DNA from: Mantamonas sphyraenae STR306
Lineage: Eukaryota; Protista; CRuMs
Assembly: GCA_026936335.1 (NCBI GenBank)
Contig: JAPMXV010000053.1
Location: forward strand, 372,001 to 436,000
Reading direction: 5' to 3'
Length of the DNA stretch: 64,000 nt
Numbering within the stretch: the stretch's first letter is position 1; each line of letters opens with the position of its first letter. This document shows positions 13,101 through 21,457 of this stretch, one piece after another. A program made the position numbers and the translations under genes. Below the pieces are notes generated by a model. The model worked only from the letters and a program-made list of their open reading frames with translations. It did no database searches and was not told where the DNA came from.

Positions 13101-15272
13101 GGCATTGAAAGCTTCGAACAGGAACGGGAGCTGGCCAATGTGCTGTTGCGCCTGCTGGACGCTTGCTGCAAGGTGCGGGCAAACCGACGGGAAATGCTGC
13201 GCCTGGGTGCCGTGAGCGTGCTGGTGCGCACGCTGATGGTTGCGTTTGTGCGAGAGGAGGATGCGCCGTTTGCAGAGGCGTTGTTGTTGATCATGGGACG
13301 CGTGGTGCAGGAGGCCAACGTATCGCTGACGCGCTCGAGCAGTGTGAACACGGAAGAGCTGCGACAGCTGCTGCTGGAACACACGAGCGGCGAGAGTGGC
13401 GAGGGAGGCAAGAACGAGTCGGAAGAGAGCCACTCGTATGTGGAGCAGCTGCTGGAACAGATGTCGAGTGGCATGGTCAAGAAGAACGGCAAGGTGCGAG
13501 AGGCGCTGAACAGCGTGATCTCGTTTTTGACGTTTGGAGAGGCACGCAGCATGACTTTGCTGTACAAGCACTTTGTGGATGTGATGGATTACGAGGCGTA
13601 CGACGAGGCGCTGTACGCAGACGAGTCACACACACACAAGCTGGAATGCCTTGCAGAACTGTGCGAAAACATCTCGCTGGACGCAAACGGGTCGAAGCTG
13701 AAGGACCTGTTCTTGGTGGAGGGGTCGACGAAGCGAGGCATCGAGTACTTGGTGGATCGCTTCCCACTGAAGGAGGACCGGGAGAGTGCGACGTGGCAGG
13801 CGTCGCTTGCGGCACCTGCTCTTCCGTACGTGCTGCGCATCCTGAGTGGACTTGCGCGAGGACATGAGGCGACACAGGTGTTGCACATGGAGATGGGCGC
13901 GCTGAAGGTGCTGCAGCGACTGGAGGGAGTGTTTGCAGAAGGGAAAATCGGGTCGCTCGCAGAAAACCTTGTGGAGAGCGTTTGCTTTGCAAACACGGAG
14001 ACACAAAGTGCATTTGAAAAACTGAACAAGGCACAGGAGGAGAAGAAGAAGAAGCGAGCGGAAGCGCAGAGGAAGAAGATGATGGCGGCGATGAACATGT
14101 CGTACAGCAAGGAAGGAAAGATCGTGGCAAAGAGCGGCCTGCTGGAAGACGACCTGGAGGAGGAAAGCGGGAGCGTGTGCATGGTGTGCCAAGAAGGGTA
14201 CAAGTACCGCCCGGAGCAGGTGCTAGCCATCTACACATACAGCAAGGCTGTGGACGGGTCGCGCGGTGGGATGAGCAGCGTGTCGCATCTGAACATGATC
14301 CACATGGAGTGCCACGACGCAGCAGTGGAAGCAGACCGACGTCTGAAGAAGCCGAAGCGTGAGTGGGAGGGTGCAGAGCTGCGTAACCAGGGCACACGGT
14401 GCAACAATCTGCTGCCGACATACGGAAAGACGGTGCCGGAAGGGGCATACGAGCAGGCGAGCACCCGCTACTGGCAACGGGCGAATGAGCTGGGTGTGGT
14501 GATGGGCAGTGCAGGGCAGTACGGGGCGATGATGAACGACCTGACGTACCTACTGATGAGGTTTGGAAACAACGAGTCGTTCAGCGTGGATGCACACGGC
14601 GGAGGGCGGGAGAGCAACCTGCACTTTGCGACGTACATGGTGCAGCACGGCCTTTATCTGTTGCACAAGAGCGGGCGGCTTGGAGAAGTGCAGGCAGACA
14701 TGACGACGTATCTAGAGACAGACGAGAGTGGCTGGGCAAAGTATGTTGGCCGGAACGAGGACCACGACGTGGTGCGGTGTGTGTCAACGTTGTGCTGCAT
14801 GTCTGCCGAGACGTGGGCCACACATCGCATGCTGATCCTGAAGCGGTTGATCCGCTTTGCGGCGACGACGAGCACGCACATTGCGAGCGTGTCCAGCAGC
14901 GAGAGCAGCAGCAGCAGCAGCAGCGGCAGTGGTGGCGGTGGTGGTGGTGAGCAGAGCCTGTCGGAGAAGGTACGGCCGTACTTGGTGCTGTTTGCACTGG
15001 TGAACAGGTTGCAGGAAGTCATCAAGCCGCAGGGCAAGGTGAAGGGAGAGGATGACGCGTGGCTGGAGTCTGCGCTGACCTATTCTCGGGAGAACGAGGA
15101 AGATGTGCGCAAGCAGGTCCAAGAGCTCTTGTCAGACTATGAGGACGAACTGGTGTACTTGGAGGCGCCCATGGAGTTTTTCGATGTGATTGGCGTGCTT
15201 GGCGACGTCATGGGAGAGGGCAGTGACGCAGATGGGTTTGTTTCGCGATGGGCCGGTGAAGAGAGTGGATGA
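1..15272 (+). CDS. UBR4: UBR4/BIG/Purity-of-essence-family giant E3/E4 ubiquitin ligase, 5'-truncated (>5,000 aa), apparently intronless; frame broken about 5 times (near 1280, 2600-2710, 4310, 4945, 6550)
   Basis: UBR-box Zn finger CTFSVTGRNFREQPWYYCYTC...CCSVCARTCHKGH...FYCDC at ~4613-4797. Beta-propeller segments (NPCNERHVAVWG, VEWLPGSQTKLAV..NEFAKVYDLS) and DFFE linker motif. GYYLESQPCLVCNDPE; Cys-rich CPRC..CKNCGENAYQCRQCRNINY..LCNECGHC; QEEFIRGSMTHNPY...GPLMRDVKNKIC; C-terminal hemi-RING CMVCQEGY...HMECH...EWEGAELRN..TRCN. Consecutive ORFs 52-1452, 1235-2803, 2716-4413, 4283-4954, 4654-6729 and 6576-15272 tile it, and frame 1 is open from base 1. Confidence 0.93.
6618..6680 (+). other. 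Histone H3 N-terminal tail-like peptide [21 protein letters not shown] inside UBR4
   Basis: In frame with ORF 6576-15272. Matches canonical H3 residues 6-25 ([20 protein letters not shown]) at 19/20 positions. No histone fold follows. Confidence 0.9.
7104..7139 (+). repeat. (AGC)12 microsatellite encoding poly-Ser in UBR4
   Basis: Direct perfect trinucleotide repeat. Confidence 0.95.
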
Positions 15273-15393
15273 AGAATGGCAGAGCAGCCCCCCTCCTACC
15301 CTCTGCTGAAATGATGCGACGTTGAGAGGTTCAGTTCTCTCTTGCAATCAGTGCAGTCCGATGCTGCGCCGAGCGTGCCACGCCTTTGACAAC

Positions 15394-15401
15394 ATGTCCT
15401 C

Positions 15402-15448
<47 letters not shown>

Positions 15449-18400
15449 ATGGGATGGAGACGGAGGAGAATGAAGAGTTCAACAACGGGTTCATCCGAGT
15501 GGTGGGCGCTGAGCAGCACAATCTGAAGAACGTAGACGTGAGCATCCCAAAAAACCAAGTTGTGGTGATTTCAGGCGTGTCTGGGTCGGGAAAGTCGTCG
15601 TTGCTGTTTGACACAATCACGGCAGAGAGCAGGCGGCAGCTGATAGACACAGTGAGTGAGATGGGATGTGGGAGGGAGTATGGTGAGAGGAAGAAAGCGG
15701 GACTGCCGCACTGCGACGACGACACAACGAGTTCCCGAGAACCTGTTTGGCCGGAGGGAAAGTGGGTCTCGAGAACACGCAGGAGGTGCTGGCGGGCACA
15801 CAAGGTACACACACTCACACGTCGGTCGCGTTCAATTCCAAGTTCTCTGCATTTGCTCGACAACGCCTGCCCAAGGTGAGCCGACCGGCCATGACGTCGA
15901 TTGAAGGCATTGGCGCCTGCATTGCCATTGACCAAAAGGCACTGGGCACGAGCTCACGGTCGACCATCGGGACGACAACCGAGGCATGGAACTTTGTGCG
16001 ACTGCTGTTCAGCAAATGTGGCACGCCGCCGCTGCCAGATGGGTACTTTGCGTTCAACAAGCCGACGGGAATGTGCAACGGGTGTTCCGGCGTCGGAATG
16101 GCGTTTGAGCTGAAGGAGGACACGCTGTTTGACATGAGCAAGTCGCTGAAACAAGGAGCCATCCTGCATCCAGACTACAAGACCACAGGGTGGTACTTCA
16201 AGAGCGTGCGGCTGTCGGGCCTGTTTGATCTGGACAAGAAGCTGCGCGACTTTACAAAGGAAGAGTTTGAGCAGCTCAAGTGGATGGACCCGGTGAGCGT
16301 GGACGTGAAAGAGGGAGACTTTGCGTTCAACATGACGGGTGTCTGCAAGAACCTGAAGAGACGTCTGGGAGCAAACGAGAACCTGCACAAAAAGTGGTCC
16401 GAGTACATCGAACGGGCCACGTGCTCAGACTGCAAAGGCTCGCGCCTGAACCAACAGGCACTGTCGGTGCGCTTGAACGGCAAGAACATTGCCGAGGTGT
16501 CGCAGATGGAGATCGGGCAACTGGTGACGTGGTTGGAAGATTGCCGCGTGGACGACGTGACTCGTCCGATTCTCAGGCGGCTGCTGTCCATTCTGAGCAA
16601 CATGACGTTGCTCGGTGTGGGCTATCTGTCGCTCGGACGTAACATCGGCACGCTCAGTGGCGGCGAGTCGCAGAAGATCAAGATGGCGCGGCAGTACGGT
16701 TGCGATTTGACGGACATGATGTACGTGCTGGATGAACCTTCGGTGGGCATGCACCCGAAAGACCTCCTCAACACGATGCGTGTGATTGATCAGCTGAAAC
16801 GCAAGGGCAACTCTGTGCTGCTTGTGGAACACGAGCCACTGGTGATCACGGCTGCAGACTACCTGGTTGAGATCGGCCCTCGCGCAGGGCGGCACGGAGG
16901 GCAGTTGATGTTCAGCGGCACGCCTGCGGAGATGCGCGAGGCTTATGCATCGGGTACATTGGAGACGGCAACAGCGCGAACAGTGTTTGGTGCGGAAACC
17001 GAGTTTCTGCCGTGGACCACGAGCGAGACGGCGCAGGAGTTTGCAGGCATGTTGGCGCAGATGCGCAAACTTCGAGAGGAGCACATGCGTGACAAGAAGC
17101 ACGTGGGCGGTGAAGCAAGTGGCAAGCAGCGTGGGCTGACAGAAGCGTTGGCGATGGGAGACGGGTTTGAGGAGGCCGTAGCACAGATGATGTTTCCCGT
17201 GTGTGGAAACATCGACTGGCGCTTCTTGGATGGGGAAATCGTGGCACGTCGCACGTGGGAGGATTCGTATGTCGTCAAGGCGGCGGAACTGAACAACCTG
17301 AAGCGGCTCACAGTGGAGATTCCGAGGGGAGTGTTTTGCGCGCTGTCGGGCGTGAGTGGAAGTGGCAAATCGTCGCTGATGCAGGTGTTTGCACAGCAAG
17401 TGGAGGACATTGTGTTTGTCGATCAGAGCTCGATTGGAAAGACCAGCAGGTCGTGTCCGGCAACGTACACGGACGTGTTTACGCTCATCCGCAAGGAGTT
17501 TGAACGGGAAACACGTCAGAAGGCAAAGGTGTTTTCCTTCAACAGTGCAGGAGCATGCGACGAGTGCAAGGGGAGCGGGTCGCTGACGATCAACATGAAC
17601 TTTCTGGACGACGTCAGCGTCCAGTGCCATGTGTGCGAAGGAAGGCGGTACAAGGAGGAGGTGCTGGGATACCTTGTCAAGGGACACTCGATTGCCGATG
17701 TGCTGGACATGACGGTGAGCGAGGGTCTGGAGCTGTTTGCGGATGTTCCAGCAATCGCGACGAAGCTGGAGCTGCTGCAGGAGATTGGCCTGGGATACAT
17801 CCAGTTGGGTCAAAGCGTGTCAACAATCAGTGGAGGAGAGGCACAGAGGTTGAAGCTGAGCAAGGAGCTGAACAAGAGAGGCAACACGTATGTGCTGGAT
17901 GAGCCGAGCAGCGGACTGAGCGTGACGGATTTGCAACCGCTGATCCGCCTGCTGCAACGACTTGTGTCGCAGGGCAACTCGGTCATTATCATTGAGCATG
18001 ACTTGCATCTGCTGCAGTTTGTGGACCACATTATTGAGCTGGGACCGGACGCAGGCGAACAAGGAGGCTTTCTTGTTTGCCAGGGCACTCCGGAACAAGT
18101 TGCGTCGTGTGCACACTCGTACACAGGACAATTTCTCAAGCACATCCTGAGGGCGTTGCACAAGCGAGTGACGAGTGACGTCAACTCGTTGGAAGGACTG
18201 ACGAGCGACACAAGCATTGCCGGGCAGCACGGGGGACACGCGGGCGGACATAGGACAAAGAAGGTACGCAAAGGCAGCAGTGGAGGACGCTCGAAGCGCT
18301 CGCGCAAGGAGATGGACGACGACGAGGCGTTTGTGGCGGACGACGACGACGACGACGAACAGCAACTCAAGTTTGACGAGGAGGACGAAGAAGAGGCGGA

Positions 18401-18596
18401 GTTTGACGAGGACGAGGACGAGGACGACGATGAAGATGGTGGGATGACCCTGGACCAAGGCTCGCCAGACGATGACTATCGCGGCAGCGTGGATGTCAAA
18501 CCGTCGGGAGGCGGGCGCCGATCGACGCGACGCACACGCAAACGAGTCAAGTACAATGAGGATGAGGATGAGGATGAGGATGAGGATGAGGATTAG
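15394..18596 (+). CDS. uvrA: UvrA-family tandem ABC ATPase (class II, UvrA2/DrrC-like, no UvrB-binding domain), 2 exons: 15394-15651 and 15843-18596, ~1003 aa
   Basis: [16 protein letters not shown], Walker A GVSGSGKS (twice), signatures LSGGESQKI and [11 protein letters not shown], Walker B YVLDEPS (twice), EH loops, Zn modules CNGC..CSDC and CDEC..CHVC, and [25 protein letters not shown]. Removing intron 15652-15842 (GTGAGT...CTCAC...AAG) restores RQLIDT|FSAFARQRL. The start could instead be at the later ATG near 15454. Confidence 0.92.
15403..15447 (+). repeat. (AGC)15 microsatellite (poly-Ser at UvrA N-terminus, or 5' UTR)
   Basis: Direct perfect repeat. Confidence 0.95.
18558..18593 (+). 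repeat. (GAGGAT)6 encoding (ED)6 at the UvrA C-terminus
   Basis: Direct perfect hexamer repeat ending at the TAG stop. Confidence 0.95.
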
Positions 18597-18616
18597 GAAT
18601 GGAGTGGAAACTTCTC

Positions 18617-19906
18617 TCACGACTCGTTGGGAGACTGTGTGCGGAAAAACTCAGACTCGAACTCGTCGATGAACTGGTTGCTCAGTTCCCAGAGCTTTGT
18701 GTTGTTCTGGTCGGTTGCAAACGGGTTGATGATGTGCTCCATGGTCTTGAAATCTTGCCAGTAGGTGCCCGGGTGTGTGATGACATCGTCGGAGGTTGCA
18801 CCGTGGGTGCAGCCGAGGGCACCCGAGTCTGCCGAGCGTGCGACAAGCATGGTAAAAAAGTTGGTGATGAGGCGCAAAGGTCCATCGATGCCGTTCCAAA
18901 TGCCAGTGTAGACGTAGCCCGGGTGGTTGCAGCTCCAAATAAGGCGTGTGGGGGGGGCTTCAGGCAACTGCTGATACTGTGCGTCGCTGCGTTTCTGGCC
19001 CTCGATGGTAAACATCGTGTTGAGCAGTTTGGCTTGGGTGTACAGGAGGGCTCGGGAGACTCCCGGATTGGCTTGGCGCAGTTTGTCCCAGCGCACACCT
19101 TTGGCGAGGTGTTGGCCGTAGGAGGCCTGGTTGACAATGCGGCCTGTGACTCGCGTCTTGCGGCCTGTTTCGTCACCCGGCTGGGTGTAGAGCATGGTGG
19201 CCCACAGGAGCTTGGTGAGGTAAAAGTGGCCCAGGTGCATGGAGGCGAAGCTGTAGTCGAAGCCCTGTTTCGTGGCGGTGGTGGGTGGGAACGAGCCAGC
19301 GTTGTTCACCAGCACATGCAGTTCGTCATACTCGTCCTTGAACTCGGTGGCAAAACGGTACACACTCTCAAGATCCGAAGTGTCCAGCTGCTTGACGATG
19401 GCAACGCCGGTGGTGTTTGTCATGGTGTCGATGACTCTGCGTGCCTTTTCGCCTCGCTCGACGCTGCGGCAGGCCATGATCACGGTGTCTGCACCTGCCT
19501 GGATGAGATTACGCACGACCCAAAAGCCTATGCCGGCGTTGGCTCCGGTGACGATGCACACGGCGCCGTGGAGAGAGCGGTAGTTTGGCACGGCGGAGAG
19601 GTCGGACGGGTCGAGCGTGTACTTGAGGGAGGCAATGAGGAGGATGTTGACGACCCATGCGGTGAGTTTGGCAGGCATGACGTCGAGATCAGGGTTGAAC
19701 CAAGCGACGGCGTAGACGATGGGCAGGCTGAAGACGGCGACGACGAGATGAAAAGCCAACTTGAAGGTGTGGCCCCAGTCGTTGAGGATGTAGGCCTGGA
19801 GCTCAGGCCAGCGAATGGCAAGGTACAACAGAGCCACATACCACACCAAGACGGCAATCCCCTCTGCGAGGACGGCTCCAGGCAGGTCTGGGAGCGATTC
19901 GAACAT
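18617..19906 (-). CDS. Short-chain dehydrogenase/reductase (RDH11-14/DHRSX/WWOX-like clade) with ~3 N-terminal TM helices, 429 aa
   Basis: VTGANAGIG Rossmann motif, IMACRS, VLVNNAG, HLGHFYLT, YTQAK catalytic motif, HPGYVYTGI, LWELS. Start MFESLP within ORF 18617-20671. Confidence 0.88.
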   Translation of the reverse strand: MFESLPDLPGAVLAEGIAVLVWYVALLYLAIRWPELQAYILNDWGHTFKLAFHLVVAVFSLPIVYAVAWFNPDLDVMPAKLTAWVVNILLIASLKYTLDPSDLSAVPNYRSLHGAVCIVTGANAGIGFWVVRNLIQAGADTVIMACRSVERGEKARRVIDTMTNTTGVAIVKQLDTSDLESVYRFATEFKDEYDELHVLVNNAGSFPPTTATKQGFDYSFASMHLGHFYLTKLLWATMLYTQPGDETGRKTRVTGRIVNQASYGQHLAKGVRWDKLRQANPGVSRALLYTQAKLLNTMFTIEGQKRSDAQYQQLPEAPPTRLIWSCNHPGYVYTGIWNGIDGPLRLITNFFTMLVARSADSGALGCTHGATSDDVITHPGTYWQDFKTMEHIINPFATDQNNTKLWELSNQFIDEFESEFFRTQSPNES

Positions 19907-20027
19907 TGTGTGGCCGGAGAGTTGTTGGTTGTGCGAGCGCAGACGTTGCACAGAGGGAACGGGAGGGAGTGTGGATGCAATGGCGCAATGAAATGTGTGG
20001 AAAACACAGGGTGACCAGGACTGTACT

Positions 20028-20624
20028 TCATGGGCGCATGGCAGGGAGCATGGCGTCGAGCTGTGCAAGATGAGCGGGTTCAACAAAGCCCCACAGCCAT
20101 TGGAGGATGGTTGCATAGGTTGTGCCCAGGGAAAGACCAGCGATAACGTCCGAGGTGTAGTGGCGGAGGAGGAGGACGCGTGTGGCGGCAATGAGGGCGA
20201 CCCAAAGTGGAGCGAGCTGGCGAGCCCAGAGCGGGAGAAGGGGATGGAACCAAAGAGCGAGGGCGACACTCCACGCTGCATGGCCACTGGGAAAGGACTT
20301 GACATCAGGGCCAAGGAAAACCTTTGCGTGCTCGCGGAATGGAGGGCGTGGACGACCGACGACAGCCTTGAGGGCGCCGCTGGTGGCTGTGTGGACCACA
20401 AGGAGGGCATTGGTTTGGAAGATGAGTTCGAGGGCAGCGTTGTCCGGAGCCAGCCAGTGACGGGAAAACACAGCGGCGAGGAGGATGACAACCCAGACCC
20501 AGCCGTCGGCCGTGGTTGAAAGGAGCTCGAGGAGGAGGAGGTACGGGGTGCCGAGCGTCTGGAAGAGGGAGTGTGCTTTGTCGGTGATCCATGCATCGAC
20601 CGGATTGTCCAGATCGATGGCCAT
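20028..20624 (-). CDS. PAP2-family membrane lipid/polyisoprenoid phosphate phosphatase (PLPP6-like), 198 aa
   Basis: C1 KAVVGRPRP, C2 SFPSGH, C3 TRVLLLRHYTSD; several hydrophobic helices. Confidence 0.9.
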   Translation of the reverse strand: MAIDLDNPVDAWITDKAHSLFQTLGTPYLLLLELLSTTADGWVWVVILLAAVFSRHWLAPDNAALELIFQTNALLVVHTATSGALKAVVGRPRPPFREHAKVFLGPDVKSFPSGHAAWSVALALWFHPLLPLWARQLAPLWVALIAATRVLLLRHYTSDVIAGLSLGTTYATILQWLWGFVEPAHLAQLDAMLPAMRP

Positions 20625-20695
20625 GGTGGCTCTTGAGAGAAGGGCTGGGCCGAGGGCGGCGCGTCCGCCACGGAAACCCCTTTTTGTCAACCATC
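20625..20695. promoter_or_regulatory. Probable compact bidirectional promoter (PAP2 / COX6B)
   Basis: Only 71 nt between divergent ATGs; inferred from layout. Confidence 0.5.
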
Positions 20696-21415
20696 ATGAG
20701 CTCTGTGAACCTGAACACGCCGCAGTACGATGCACGATTCCCGCACGCAAACCAGACCAAGCGCTGCTGGATCAACTATGTGCAGTACCACCGCTGCTTG
20801 AACTCGGGTGGCGACGAGGACTCGTGCAAGGAGTTCTTCAAGACGTACAACTCGCTGTGCCCCAACGCCTGGGTGAGTTGTCGTGTGTGAGGAGGGCATG
20901 CATGTGTTGCGCAGGGAAACGAGGTTTGATGTGACTGGGCCTCGCGTGTGTGTGGAACACGCAAGTACTGGCACGGTTCATGGCGACGAGGGAAAGCGGC
21001 CTTTGTCGTCGTGGCCGTTTCCGGCGCGCGATCGTCGCTTCGGCGCCTTTCGCGCCGAGCCTGCGGCCAAGGGCCGGGCCACTTGCACGGCGGAGTAGGG
21101 GCACGGAGATGGAGAAGCACTAGATTCCAGTGTGGCATGTGTGGCAGCACAGAGATTTGCCCGCGTGGACGACCGAGCGCGGGCTTCGAAAGTTCTCCAA
21201 GGCCGAATTTTCCCTCTCCGCGCATTCAAGGCGCAGGGGAGACTTGGGAGTGGAGGGAGGGCAGTGAAGCTGACACACTGTGCACACATATACACACACA
21301 CGCCCATACACACACGTGACGTGTACACATGCCTGTTTACGCACGGGGTGTCCAGGTGGAGAAGTGGGACGAGCAGCGTGAAGAGGGTACCTTCCCGACC
21401 AAGCTCACAGAGTAA
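20696..21415 (+). CDS. COX6B: Cytochrome c oxidase subunit 6B, exons 20696-20872 and 21356-21415, 78 aa
   Basis: DARFPHANQTKRCWINYVQYHRC...C..FFKTYNSLCPNAW|VEKWDEQREEGTFP; GTGAGT...CAG intron of 483 nt. Confidence 0.96.
20920..21250 (+). ncRNA. Candidate structured intronic RNA in the COX6B intron (family unassigned)
   Basis: Run of adjacent hairpins with G-U pairs on the sense strand and a C(UUCG)G tetraloop. No clear C/D, H/ACA, snRNA or RNase P/MRP signature recognised. Confidence 0.3.
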
Positions 21416-21457
21416 AATTGCGGTTTATCACTGGTCCATTGGTTATTGTGTTGGCCG

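Noticed and set aside
10920-13571. Long antisense and alternate-frame ORFs (e.g. 10920-13571, 33569-35677, 51896-54433)
   Set aside because: Expected shadows of GC-rich, codon-biased genes; no recognisable domains.
15394-18596. UvrA as bacterial contamination or misassembly
   Set aside because: It has a phase-restoring spliceosomal intron, host-type poly-Ser and acidic tracts, and codon style continuous with UBR4.
18617-20671. 684-aa ORF as a PAP2-SDR fusion
   Set aside because: The first 255 codons are an off-frame shadow of PAP2 plus non-coding-looking spacer; PAP2 has its own stop at 20028.
20873-21355. Specific assignment of the COX6B intron RNA (RNase P/MRP, SRP, snRNA, riboswitch, C/D or H/ACA snoRNA)
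   Set aside because: I could not find convincing conserved boxes for any of these, so it is left unassigned.
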